A stretch of DNA of 64,000 nt from Mizuhopecten yessoensis (Eukaryota): assembly GCF_002113885.1 (NCBI RefSeq), contig NW_018405506.1, forward strand, positions 1,398,199 to 1,462,198. Reading direction: 5' to 3'. The position numbers and the translations under genes are program-made. Shown here in pieces: positions 1-12,917 of the stretch; positions within the stretch are counted from its first letter, which is position 1; each line of letters starts with the position of its first letter. The notes under the pieces were generated by a model that ran no database searches, had not been told where the DNA came from, and saw only the letters and a list, made by a program, of their open reading frames with translations.

Positions 1-1891
1 CCTTTAGATGATAGTCGTCATTTTTTTTGTTTCTCTGCTGTAGAGGATAGACGTCAATTCGTTTGTTTCTCTGCTGTAGAGAATAGAAGTCAATTTGTTT
101 GTTTCTCTGCAGCAGAGTATAGGCGTCAATTCGTTTGTTTTACTGTTGTAGAGTNCATTTCGTTTGTTTCTCTGACGTAGAGGATAGGCGTCAATTCGTT
201 TGTTTCTCTGCTGTGGAGGATAGAAGTCAATTCGTTTGTTTCTGCTGTGGAGGATAGACGTCAAGTCGTTTGTTTTCTGACGTAGAGGATAGGCGTCAAT
301 TCGTTTGTTTCTCTGCTGTAGAGGATAGACTTCAATTTTTCCGTTTCTCTGCTGTAGAGGAAATGCGTCAATACGGTTTTTTCTCTGTTGTAAAGGACAG
401 ACGTCAACTCGTTTGTTTCTCTGCTGTAGAGGATAGACGTCAANCTCTGTTGTAAAGGACAGACGTCAATTCGTTTGTTTCTCTGCTGTGGAGGATAGAC
501 GTCAAGTCGTTTGTTTCTCTGCTGTAGAGGATGGACGTCAAGTCGTTTGTTTCTCTGCTGTAGAAGGATGGACGTCCGTTCGTTTGTTTCTCTGCTGTAG
601 AGGACTGACGTCAATTTGTTTGCTTCTCTGCTGTAGAGGAATGACGTCAATTTGTTCGTTTCTCTGCTGTAGAGGATAGACGTTAAGTCGTTTGTTTCTC
701 TGCTGTAGAGGATATACGTCAATTCGTTTGTTTCTCTGCTGTGGGGATAGAAGTAAATTCGTTTGTTTCTGCTGTAGAAGGATGGACGTCAAGTCGTTTG
801 TTTATCTGCTTTAGGGGATTGACGTCAATTTGTTTGTTTCTCTGCTGTGGAGGACAAACGTCAATTCGTTTGTTTCTCTGCTGTGGAGGATAGACGTCAA
901 GTCGTTTGTTTCTCTGCTGTGGAGGATAGAAGTCAATTCGTTTCTTTCTCTGCTGTGAAGGATAGAAGTCAGTTCGTTTGTTTATCTGCTGCGGAGGATA
1001 GACGTCGAGTCGTTTATTTATCTGCTGTAGAGGACTGACGTCAATTCGTTTGTTTCTCTGCTGTAGAGGATAGAAGACAATTCGTTTGTTTCTCCTGTAG
1101 AGGATATGCGTCAATTCGTTTGTTTCTCTGTTGTAGAGGATAGACGTCAAGTCGTTTATTTATCTGCTGTAGAGGACTGACGTCAATTCGTTTATTTATC
1201 TGCTGTGGAGGACACACGTCAATTCGTTTGTTTCTCCTGTAGAGGATATGCGTCAATTCGTTTGTTTCTCTGCTGTGGAGGATAGAAGTCAATTCGTTTG
1301 TTTCTCTGCTGTAGAGGATAGATGTCAAGTCGTTTTATTTATCTGCTGTAGAAAACTGACGTCAATTCGTTTATTTATCTGCTGTGGAAGACACACGTCA
1401 ACTCGTTTGTTTCTTGCTGTAGAGGATAGACGTCAACTCGTTTGTTTCTCTGCTGTAGAGGATAGACGTCAACTCGTTTGTTTCTGCTGTAGAGGATAGA
1501 CGTCAACTCGTTTGTTTCTCTGCTGTAGAGGATAAACATCAACTCGTTTGTTTCTCTGCTATAGAGAATAGAAGTCAATTTGTTTGTTTCTCTGCTGTAA
1601 ATGATAAACGTCAATTTGTTTGTTTCTCTGCTGTAGAGTATAGACGTCAATTCGTTTGTTTCTCTGCTGTAAAGGCTAGACGTCAATTAATTTGTTTCTC
1701 TGATGTAGAGAATAGAAGTCAATTTGTTTGTTTCTCTGCAGCAGAGTATAGGCGTCAATTCGTTTGTTTCACTGTTGTAGAGTATATACGTCATTTCGTT
1801 TGTTTCTCTGCCGTAGAGGATAGGCGTCAATTTGTTTGTTTCTCTGCTGTGGAGGATAGAAGTCAATTCGTTTGTTTCTGCTGTGGAGGAT

Positions 1892-3932
1892 AGACAGACA
1901 GACAGATTCTTTATTTCCTCTGAATAGAGATTTCAAAATAACATCAAACAATACAAATGATAATTAAAGTTTCCGGTTCAAAAAATGATCGGACTATTTA
2001 GTTTAATTCATATCAAGTCACGTTCACTTGCAATTTAGAGTCTTGAGTTCATGTCGTAGAGCAGCAACTTAACTCCGTCCGCAACAACCAGCATCAAACT
2101 CTCCCACTCGTCATCAGCCAATTGGACGCGCGCACGACTTCCCAATAGAAAGTCCGTTTGGTAATTGTCCTCAAGAAATGAAAACCATACATAATCTCTG
2201 ACATTTACTACATTTACAACCTTATCAAGGAAAGCATCGCGTGTAAGGTACAACACTGGACACTCAATAAGTAAATGTGAAACAATATCAATGGTAGTTT
2301 TCGCACACAATCTACATGTAACCTCTTCAATTTCATTTGTCACTGATAGTAACATAAGATCCACTAATTTCCAGCTATATTGAGGAAACTTTGCACACAA
2401 ACTCAGGATTGGATTATGACCTATTGATACATGTATTCCATTGTACCTTTTTAATTCGACTTTGGAAGAGAGATCATGTTTCCATTTATCATAATACCGA
2501 TACGACACAACATTTTTAATAAACCTTTTCCATGAATTCTTTGGATATAACACATAGTCTGTGATTTGCTCTATAAAAAACATCTCGATTTGAAATTTCG
2601 TCATTACTTGATAAATGTTCGGAATAAAACCCATTTTCCGTTTAAGCGTGTTTCCATATATAAAGCTACATAGTCTTACGATGAATACCAGGTACCACAC
2701 AAGTGACGTATCACCGTTTGCAAGTTTATTCCAAAAGTTAAGTTTTCTATTTTCAACTTCACTCCATAAATCCATCAGACCCATACACTGCGAGGTAACT
2801 GCGGTGGACGATCTTTGCGGGAGACCAGCGCACCGCCTGCACGCGTACCTCAAAGTTACATTTACTTGGTCAATCGCTTTATGAGTATATTGACTCCACA
2901 ATTCACATCTATATATGATTCCTGGCGTAATCACAGACGTGAGTATAGTCTTACTCGCCAAGGGGTCTAACCCATTATAGTGCATACCAACACCTACAAG
3001 TGAATTGAGGGTCCGCCTGCCTTTTTTACAAGAGTCAATTATGCCTTCATCGTCTTTTAGGTTGTAGGTGAAACTAACCCCCGCGTAGATGGTGCTAGTA
3101 ACCCATGAGAGTTCTTTCTCACCAAGATGAACAGTGCGATTGAATTTCAATCTCTGTCGAGNGTTTAAGCGTGTTTCCATATATAAAGCTACATAGTCTT
3201 ACGATGAATACCAGGTACCACACAAGTGACGTATCACCGTTTGCAAGTTTATTCCAAAAGTTAAGTTTTCTATTTTCAACTTCACTCCATAGATCCATCA
3301 GACCCATACACTGCGAGGTTACTGCGGTGGACGATCTTTGCGGGAGACCAGCGCACCGCCTGCACGCGTACCTCAAAGTTACATTTACTTGGTCAATCGC
3401 TTTATGAGTATATTGACTCCACAATTCACATCTATATATGATTCCTGGCGTAATCACAGACGTGAGTATAGTCTTACTCGCCAAGGGGTCTAACCCATTA
3501 TAGTGCATACCAACACCTACAAGTGAATTGAGGGTCCGCCTGCCTTTTTTACAAGAGTCAATTATGCCTTCATCGTCTTTTAGGTTGTAGGTGAAACTAA
3601 CCCCCACGTAGATGGTGCTAGTAACCCATGAGAGTTCTTTCTCACCAAGATGAACAGTGCGATTGAATTTCAATCTCTGTCGAGTTAGTGTAAACTGCAT
3701 GGCGTTACTCTTTTGGGGGTTGTAATTGAGCCGCCACTTGCATGAATATCTGTGCACAATGTCTAATTGAAGGTGGTCCATGGAAGCGGCCAGAACCATG
3801 GTATCGTCCGCTAGAAGAACACCTGGTATATGTACATTTCCCGCTTTCAGTCCATGATTGTAATTGTCGAGTTCAGCTATTAGATCATTAATTACTATCA
3901 AAAAGCACCAAGCGGACAAAGTTCTTCCCTGC
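1892..3932 (-). mobile_element. 5'-truncated non-LTR retrotransposon (LINE, RTE-X-like): C-terminal half of reverse transcriptase, CCHC zinc knuckle, 3' UTR and tail
   Basis: ORFs 3119-3919 and 2035-3180. RT motifs QQGRTLSAWCFLIVINDL and VLLADDTMVLA (YADD-like), WRLNYNPQKS, C-terminal CRLC...HLLIEC. The minus-strand 3' end has AATAAA then a (TCTG)n tail. ~520 bp is duplicated across the N at 3162. Clade assignment is tentative. Confidence 0.85.
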
Positions 3933-5453
3933 TGTAGAGGATAGAAGTAAATTCGTTTGTTTTCTGACGTAGAGGATAGGCGTCAATTCGTTTGTTTCTC
4001 TGCTGTAGAGGATAGACGTCAATTTTGCGTCAATACGTTTTTTTCTCTGCTGTAGAGGATAGACGTCAATTTTTCCGTTTCTCTGCTGTAGAGGAAATGC
4101 GTCAATACGGTTTTTTCTCTGCTGTAGAGGATAGACGTCAATACGTTTGTTTCTCTGATGTATAGGCCAGACGTCAAATCGTTTCTTTCTCTGCTGCAGA
4201 GGAAATGCAATTCGTTTGTTCACTGCTGCAGTGGATAGCGTCAATTCGTTTGTTTTTCTGCCGTAGAGGATAGACGTCAATTCGTTTGTTTCTCTGCTGT
4301 AGAGAATTGACGTCAATTTGTTTGTTTCTCTGCAGCAGATTATAGGCGTCAGTTCGTTTGTTTCTCTGTTGTAAAGGATATACGTCAAGTCGTTTGTTTC
4401 TCTGCCGTAGAGGATAGACGTCAATTCGTTTGTTATTCCGCTGTAGAGGATGGACGTCAAATTTTTCGTTCTCTGCTGTAGAGGAAATGCGTCAATACGG
4501 TTTTTTCTCTGCTGTAGAGGATAGATGTCAATACGTTTGTATCTCTGCTGTAGAGGATAGACGTCAATTCGTTTATTTATCTGCTGTAGAGGACTGACGT
4601 CAATTCGTTTATTTATCTGCTGTAGAGGACACACGTCAATTCGTTTGTTTCTCCTGTAGAGGATATGCGTCAATTCGTTCGTTTCTCTGCTGTGGAGGAT
4701 AGAAGTCAATTCGTTCGTATCTCTGTTGTAGAGGATAGACGTCAAGTCGTTTATTTATCTGCTGTAGAGGACTGACGTCAATTCGTTTATTTATCTGCTG
4801 TGGAAGACACGCGTCAACTCGTTTGTTTCTGCTGTAGAGGATAGACGTCAACTCGTTTGTTTCTCTGCTGTAGAGGATAGACGTCAATACGTTTGTTTCT
4901 CTGCTGTAGAGGATAGACGTCAACTCGCTTGTTTCTGCTGTAGAGTATAGACGTCAACTCGTTTGTTTCTCTGCTGTAGAGGATAGACGTCAATTTTTCC
5001 GTTTCTCTGCTGTAGAGGAAATGCGTCAATACGGTTTTTTCTCTGCCGTAGAGGATAGACGTCAATTCGTTTGTTTCTCTGCTGTGGAGGATAGAAGTCA
5101 ATTCGTTCGTATTTCTGTTGTAGAGGATAGACGTCAAGTCGTTTATTTATCTGCTGTAGAGGTCTGACGTCAATTCGTTTATTTATCTGCTGTGGAAGAC
5201 ACGCGTCAACTCGTTTGTTTCTGCTATAGAGGATAGACGTCAACTCGTTTGTTTCTCTGCTATAGAGAATAGAAGTCAATTTGTTTGTTTCTCTGCTGTA
5301 GAGAATAGAAGTCAATTTGTTTGTTTCTCTGCTGTAGAGAATAGAAGTCAATTTGTTTGTTTCTCCGCTGTAAATGATAAACGTTAATTTGTTTGTTTCT
5401 CTGCTGTAGAGTATAGACGTCAATTCGTTTGTTTCTCTGCTGTAGACATGCTG

Positions 5454-6669
5454 TCAAGGAAAGCATCGCGTGTAAGGTACAACACTGGACACTCAATAAG
5501 TAAATGTGAAACAATATCAATGGTAGTTTTCGCACACAATCTACATGTAACCTCTTCAATTTCATTTGTCACTGATAGTGAGGAAATGCGTCAATACGGT
5601 TTTTTCTCTGCCGTAGAGGATAGACGTCAATTCGTTTGTTTCTCTGCTGTAGACATGCTGTCAAGGAAAGCATCGCGTGTAAGGTACAACACTGGACACT
5701 CAATAAGTAAATGTGAAACAATATCAATGGTAGTTTTCGCACACAATCTACATGTAACCTCTTCAATTTCATTTGTCACTGATAGTAACATAAGATCCAC
5801 TAATTTCCAGCTATATTGAGGAAACTTTGCACACAAACTCAGGATTGGATTAGGACCTATTGATACATGTATTCCATTGTAACTTTTTAATTCGACTTTG
5901 GAAGAGAGATCATGTTTCCATTTATCATAATACCAATACGACACAACATTTTTAATAAACCTTTTCCATGAATTTTTTGGATATAACACATAGTCTGTGA
6001 TTTGCTCTATAAAAACATCTCGATTTGAAATTTCGTCATTACTTGATAAATGTTCGGAATAAAACCCAATTTCCGTTTAAGCGTGTTTTCATATATAAAG
6101 CTACATAGTCTTACGATGAATACCAGGTACCACACAAGTGACGTATCACCGTTTGCAAGTTTATTCCAAAAGTTAAGTTTTCTATTTTCAACTTCACTCC
6201 ATAGATCCATCAGACCCATACACTGCGAGGTAACTGCGGTGGACGATCTTTGCGGGAGACCAACGCACCGCCTGCACGCGTACCTCAAAGTTACATTTAC
6301 TTGGTCAATCGCTTTATGAGTATATTGACTCCACAATTCAAATCCATATATGATTCCTGACGTAATCACAGACGTGAGTATAGTCTTACTCGCCATGGGG
6401 TCTAACCCATTATAGTGCATACCAACACCTACAAGTGAATTGAGGGTCCGCCTGCCTTTTTCACAAGAGTCAATTATGCCTTCATCGTCTTTTAGGTTGT
6501 AGGTGAAACTAACCCCCGCGTAGATGGTGCTAGTAACCCATGAGAGTTCTTTCTCACCAAGATGAACAGTGCGATTGAATTTCAATCTCTGGCGCTGTAG
6601 TGTAAACTGCCTGGCGTTACTCTTTTGGGGGTTGTAATTGAGCCGCCACTTGCATGAATATCTGTGCAC
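5454..6669 (-). mobile_element. second, internal fragment of the same LINE (plus a ~125-bp partial duplicate at 5454-5578)
   Basis: 5660-6669 is near-identical to 2225-3160/3163-3758 with a few substitutions and a 1-bp frameshift near 6010. Flanked by satellite on both sides. Confidence 0.85.
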
Positions 6670-7840
6670 AAGAATTGACGTCAGTTTGTTTGTTTCTCTG
6701 CAGCAGATTATAGGCGTCAGTTCGTTTGTTTCTCTGTTATAAAGGATATACGTCAAGTCGTTTGTTTCTCTGCCGTAGAGGATAGACGTCAATTCGTTTG
6801 TTATTCCGCTGTAGAGGATGGACGTCAAATTTTTCGTTCTCTGCTGTAGAGGAAATGCGTCAATACGGTTTTTTCTCTGCTGTAGAGAATAGACGTCAAT
6901 ACGTTTGTTTCTCTGTTGTATAGGCCAGACGTCAATTCGTTTGTTTCTCTGCTGTGGAGGATAGACGTCAATTTGTTTGTTCACTGCTGCAGTGGATAGG
7001 CGTCAATTCTTTTGTTTTTCTGCCGTAGAGGATAGACGTCAATTCGTTTGTTTCTCTGCTGTAGAGGATATGCATCAATTCGTTTGTTTCTCTACTGTAG
7101 AGGTTAGACGTCAATTAATTTGTTTCTCTGCTGTAGAGAATAGACGTCAATTTGTTTGTTTCTCTGCAGCAGAGAATAGGCGTCAGTTCGTTTGTTTCTC
7201 TGTTGTAAAGGATATACGTCAAGTCGTTTGTTTCTCTGCCGTAGAGGATAGGCGTCAATTCGTTTGTTACTCCGCTGTAGAGATAGACGTCAAATTGTTC
7301 GTTCTCTGCTGTAGAGGAAATGCGTCAATACGGTTTTTTCTCTGCTGTAGAGGATAGACGTCAATACGTTTGTTTCTCTGCTGTAGAGGATAGACGTCAA
7401 TTCGTTTGTTTCTCTGCTGTAGAGGAAATGCGTCAATTCGTTTGTTTCTCTGCTGCAGTGGATAGGCGTCAATTCGTTTGTTTCTCTGCTGTAGACATGC
7501 TGTAGACATCAATTCGTGGTTTTTTTTCTCTGCTGTAGATGATAGGCGTCAATTCGTTTGTTTCTCTGCTGTAGAGGACAGACGTCAATTATTCTGTTTA
7601 TCTGCTTTAGAGGATAGCCGTCAAGTCGTTTGTTTCTTTCCTGTAGAGGACAGACGTCAAGTCGTTTGTTTCTTTGCTGTAGAGGACAGACGTCAAGTCG
7701 TTCGTTTCTTTGCTGTAGAGGACAGGACAAATATTTTGACAGTAAATGTTGTGATGCGATAAGCTATACACCCTGCAGTGTTTTCGTTCTTCCTATTGTC
7801 TGTCACTCATGACATTCCTAAATTTTTGTTTTTCTTGTAG

Positions 7841-7947
7841 CACCAAACCCTGCGGAAGCCGAGGCTTTTCAGGCCATTCTGTCCCACGAGCTGAAGAAGG
7901 TACAGTCGAGACTGGAAGAGTTCGCTACCTATATGAAGGAGCTTAAG
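7841..7947 (+). CDS. universal stress protein (USP/UspA family), internal coding exon
   Basis: tttcttgtag| acceptor and aag|gtacat donor. Open frame PNPAEAEAFQAILSHELKKVQSRLEEFATYMKELK ends in phase 0 and joins the 11625 exon in frame. Upstream exons lie outside the window. Confidence 0.75.
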
Positions 7948-10176
7948 GTACATTTAATTATCTTTGTGCTTCGTATACCTATTGAGGATTGATGGGGGTA
8001 TTTTCCTCCTTGTGATAGTGCCGATCTGATTACAATTTCGAAGTGCTATGGAATGCTGTCCAAAGTGTACATGATTGAGAGTAGTTTTGTTCCATGAAAG
8101 AACAGTTAATTGTCAATTTAATATAGTAATGTAATTTATTTCCGTCGTTTTTGGCATAGTAAAGAAAATAACTGTCATTGTATAAATACTATCCCTCTGC
8201 ATTTAGCTTGTTTATAATAACTTTTATCCATAAAAATTCAATAAAACCCCTTTCTGTAACATGTTGTAGTTAACTTAGGAGATAAATAAAATATGTGTAG
8301 GGTTGATTAGCAATGCTTCTTTTCATTATTTTATTGTTGTAATAGTTTTGAACAATGCCACACACTCAAAACATCTGAAAGTGTTAAATTTGACAAAAAA
8401 AACATTTTTTTCGGAGGTTTTGACAAAAAATCCCCAGTTTGTCAGAATGCTTAGATTTTCATAAAATCATCTCTACATAGCGACATAACCATTATGTGAA
8501 ACTTTCATTGAATTATGCTGGTTAATTGCGAAAGGGTGGAGCCTCCTTAAACTGACACAACGGGGGAACCAGTTGTTGCTATTACCCAAAATGCGTAAGC
8601 AGGGAATACAAATGTAACAATAGTGGATATGCGAAGAGGCGGCGGACAATGCCATGTATATGTTTACTGTGAGTAATATAAAGACAAAGATGGCTGTTGG
8701 TAAATTAGCAAGCTATGTTAGGATTGGATCATGTGTAAAATGTTTTGGTATCGGTAATATTTATCAGTATTGGTGTAGTTAATATGGGGTTCCTTTTCTG
8801 ATTTCTAATATTAAACTGTTTCATTACTCAATGGGACGCAGTTTGTTACATCGGGTACTTGGTCTGCTATCAAGCAGTGTGAACTGGTCTGTTATATAAG
8901 TCTACATTGGGTACCTGCAGTTATTTGCCATGCATAGGCTATACTTTGTGCTGATACATTGCTTGCGATATTAAGCTACGACAGAGATTTGACATAACGA
9001 TTATTATGCGGGATGGTTTATAGTTTGAAATGGAATTGTTTCCCCCTGATTGACGATACTGTATTCCCGATGTACGTCTTAGGTGTCGCTGGCGATGTCC
9101 CTAGTGGTGATTCAGGATTTGTCGTAAGTGGTTTTAAAACGACTTAACTGCTACAGGCGGCTTAAATGTTCCGTTGCATTGCTTTTCCATCAACATCGCT
9201 TGGCGCGTGGCTACGTTCCTTTAAAGTGTTTGGAAAACCCCATTAAACTCGCGAGGTTTTCTGTAATTAAAGCTCAACTTGTTGGTGTTCTATTACGGTC
9301 TTCCTCCTAAGTTATATCCCACATAAAGACATTTTTCTCCGCGTAAATGTACGTCTGTGTATGCGCTATTGACATTGATGTACGCTCATATAACTGTCTG
9401 GTGTTTATCATCAATACGGCTAGGAGGATTTACAGGGAACAAATGTGGTAGAAATCACATCGGTAAATATTGGGGAATAGACGGCAAAAACAAGGAAAGG
9501 AATCAAAGGAAATTTCAGAAAACAAATGTATTTTGTGAGAAAATACGCAAAACCACATGAAGGATATTCACTGAAAAAAGTAACATAACTATATGAGTTG
9601 TTTGAAATATAGACATACTTAACGAAGTAAATGTATTTTCTTATAGGAACTATAAATATAGTTTGATTTATCAATGGCAAAGCCTGCGAGTTCTCCAAAG
9701 TGATTGTAATATCTACATGTATGCACTGTGTAGCGCCTTAGTGTGGCTTTTACTACATTATTAGGGCGTAGCATGTTGTATACTTTTATATATTTGAACA
9801 TTGAACAGACTAGCTCGTGTGGATTACTTCCTTACACGTCCGACCTTTATAACTTCACATCGATATGAACACCGCACATAAACAAGACCATTCTTGAAGT
9901 TAACTTGGGATTCTGTGCTCAAGGAAAAGCTCAGAAAATCTATACTAAACAATTTTATACGCCAAACGCGATTTTTGCTTTACATCTGTTCTAGGGATTA
10001 TTGACGTTGTGAAAGAGTATCCTGTGTGTCACTGTAACAATGATTTAACTTGATGAAACAGATTGATATAAGTTTAATAACTTGTTTCCGGATCCTATTT
10101 CATGTATGCAATAATTAAATGTCATGTATATTGTAATTGCAAATTTACGAAATAAAATATGGTTTATACTAACTTG

Positions 10177-10260
10177 ATGTGTGAATCTACTGTAGTTAAA
10201 AGTAATGTTAGCGCCTCAATGTGTGAATCTACTGTAGTTAAAAGTAATGTCAGCGCCTCA
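10177..10260. repeat. 42-bp tandem duplication
   Basis: atgtgtgaatctactgtagttaaaagtaatgt(t/c)agcgcctca x2. Confidence 0.85.
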
Positions 10261-10299
10261 CAAACATGTTACAATGTATTTTACATAAAACGTGATGTA

Positions 10300-11270
10300 G
10301 TACCCTGCACCCCGTACACGTAACCTTATTCACCATACCCTGTACCCGTTCCTATTTACCCTCTTCCCTAAACACTGACCCATCTATCATGTACCCCGTA
10401 CCTTCTACCTTATATTCCATCTACCCATTCCCTTATACTATGTACCCTGTACTCCCTGAACTCTACCCTTTGGCCTTTAGCCTGTACTTTCACATTTCTA
10501 CCCTGTGTCCCTCTCTCTGCCATGTTCCTTCTTTCCTGGGCCCCTGCGATCTATCATGTACCATCTACCATGTGCCTGTAACCTCTACCCTATACATTCT
10601 ATCATGTGCCCGTACTACTACCCTATACCTTGTTCCTTGTTCCTGTACCCTGTACCTTCTACTCTTTGCCCGTACCCTCTAACCTTTACATTCTACCATG
10701 TGCCCGTACTACTACACTTTACCTTCTTCTTGTTCCTGTACCATCTACCTTGTACCTTCTACTCTTTGCCTGTACCCTCTACGCTGTACCTTCTAACATG
10801 TGCCTGTACCCTCTACCATATATATTCTACCCTGTGCGCGCACCCTCTACCCTGTACCTTCTACCCTTTAATGTCTACCCTGTGCCTATACCCTCTACCA
10901 TGTATCTTCTTCCCTGTGCCTGTACCCATTATACCCTATACATTCTACCCAGTGCCCGTACCCTTTACCCTTTACCCTTTACCTCCTACCCTGTGCCTAT
11001 ACCCTCTACCATGTACCTTCTATCATGTGTCGGTACCCCTTACCTTATTCATTCTACCCAGTGCCTGCACCATCTACCCTATACATTCTACCTTGTACAT
11101 TCTTCCCTGTGTCCGTACCCTCTACCCTATATATGTTACCCTATGTGTCTACTCCCTACTCTTTACCTTCTTTCCTACGTGCCCCTTACCTCTACCCTAT
11201 GTTTTCTACCCTGTGTGCATACCCTCTCCCATGTAGCTTCTATTCAGTGCTCCTGTCCTCTACAATATAT
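10300..11270. repeat. degenerate pyrimidine-rich minisatellite (ctgtaccctctacc-type units)
   Basis: Repeated ccctgtacc/ttctaccc/tgtgcc motifs. These generate spurious Y/P/L/C-rich ORFs in several frames. Confidence 0.85.
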
Positions 11271-11624
11271 CTTTTACTCCATATTTGCATACATGCTTTC
11301 TGAAATTAAGAGTTTTTAAAAATTGTCATTTTTTATCATCTTAATGGTATTCACTTTAAAATGGGGTTTCCGGGAAAGTAGACGCATTAGTTTCTTTCTC
11401 TTTTTTGTTATAATGATAAAGGGAATTATTATCTTATTTGATACAGTAATCAAAAACGTATTGTTCAATTGGGCTAATACGAGCTTTCAGCTCATTTCCC
11501 GGCCATCCGGTCAAGGTAATCAAGGTAATCAAGTAGTGCGTTGGACAGAATCTATCACAATGTCATTTCAGGACATGTCTAGTTGCATTTAGATTGTAAT
11601 GTCGTATTTGTTTTGTTTTTGAAG

Positions 11625-11846
11625 GTAGATGGAGTAGTCAAAAGTACGCATGCGTCCAAACCCGGCGAGGGCATCATCAATGTCGCTAAGGAAATTGGTG
11701 CTGGGTTGATTGTTACCGGAACAAGGGGACTTGGGAAAATACGGAGGACTTTTCTGGGAAGTGTTAGTGACTATCTAATACACCATTCACACATACCAGT
11801 ACTGGTGTGTCAAGTGAAAGACAAAAAAGACAAGGCCAATTCGTGA
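11625..11846 (+). CDS. universal stress protein (USP/UspA family), last coding exon
   Basis: ttttgaag| acceptor. VDGVVKSTHASKPGEGIINVAKEIGAGLIVTGTRGLGKIRRTFLGSVSDYLIHHSHIPVLVC contains the USP ATP-binding motif G-x2-G-x9-GS and the PVLV terminal strand. Confidence 0.9.
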   Translation, partial: VDGVVKSTHASKPGEGIINVAKEIGAGLIVTGTRGLGKIRRTFLGSVSDYLIHHSHIPVLVCQVKDKKDKANS

Positions 11847-12298
11847 CGTAATCGTTGATGTCATATCCCCGCATCTACAATTGACGACGACATGGAAGCT
11901 GTTGTTTGCATATTTATATGATACAAGGATAGCGGTAGTAAGGACACGTCCTGTTAGAAATATTTAACCATGATACCTTTGTATGTATTTATCACGAACA
12001 TATATCTACACGTCGTGTGTGCGCATGACTGATGTCACATCCGCTGTGGTGATGAAGTTTCTAAAAAACTGAAATTGAATGTTTGGCAATTCGAAAAATG
12101 ATGCCGCACGAAATACATGCACAAGGATGCTGAAACAAGAAGAAGGACGTTTAATGCAAGTTGGAGACGATAAGGACGGCTTCGTGATCACGACTTATTT
12201 AGTTCGACATGCTTGCTTGGTGCGGTGTATCGAAGGTGTTGGCGGTGTCCTGATTTTACCTCCGCATTATTGTTCCGTGTATGTGTTCCGCTCTGTTA

Positions 12299-12917
12299 CA
12301 ATCTAATTAAAATTGTATCTTCACATCGCTCCCGTTTACTGATATGTCGCGTTGAAGATCTAACAACATGCCATAGAGGGTCACGTCAGAGGTCAACATG
12401 AATGTATTATCGTATTTATAACAAGCCAATCAAAACGCGACATAACTCTTTCTTTCAACCAATCAGAAAGCAGGACCTGTAGCATTTAATGCAGACACCT
12501 CGTAGCCCAAAATCCACTTTTTCGTCTGGTCCAGTGATAGTTTGAATATTGCGAAGCCTGTCATTGGTTAATTTTAGTTTCAGGTTGTTAAACTTTTTAA
12601 CGACAACATCACCAGAAGAGGAAGTCTCTCTTATTTCAAAGCAAAATCCACAAATTGTACAAACGTTGTCTTGTAGATAGACACGGCGTGGTGTCATGGG
12701 CGCCGCCATTTTCGATGCTCATTTGACACCTCTCGGTCTTTTATCATAGCAAGTGTGTTCCGAAATTACTACATCACTTACAGAAATGCGTAAGCTCTCA
12801 TCTGATTGGTTAATGCAAAGGTCGCCTGAACATGACCCTCTACGGGATGTTGTTAGATCTTCAACGCGACATATCAGTAAACGGGAGCGATGTGAAGATA
12901 TAATTTTAATTAGATTG
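12299..12917 (-). mobile_element. non-autonomous TIR DNA transposon (~85-bp TIRs, 9-bp TSD; Mutator-like by TSD length) carrying a truncated Cys-finger ORF
   Basis: caatctaattaaaatt(g/a)tatcttcacatcgctcccgtttactgatatgtcgcgttgaagatctaacaacat at 12299 is inverted at the end 12917. TSD gctctgtta at 12290-12298 and 12918-12926. Internal ORF 12455-12709 (-) has CxxC...CxxC. Confidence 0.85.

Larger units (their letters stand above)
1..7725. repeat. 36-bp tandem satellite array (consensus ctgctgtagaggatagacgtcaattcgtttgtttct), interrupted by retrotransposon fragments
   Basis: Diverged 36-bp units from 1 to ~1895, ~3930-5447 and ~6670-7725. These produce the periodic 12-aa pseudo-ORFs (TSILYSRETNEL / VYPLQQRNKRID). 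Assembly Ns at 155 and 444. Confidence 0.95.

Noticed and set aside
2641-3682. Apparent tandem duplication within the RT ORF
   Set aside because: It straddles the N at 3162 and the copies are near-identical, so it is most likely overlapping contig ends or haplotypes
4-7812. Many periodic ORFs (TSILYSRETNEL, QQRNKRID) on both strands
   Set aside because: Translations of the 36-bp satellite in several frames; no coding signature
10389-11319. 237-243-aa hydrophobic ORFs
   Set aside because: Overlapping frames of a low-complexity minisatellite inside the USP intron
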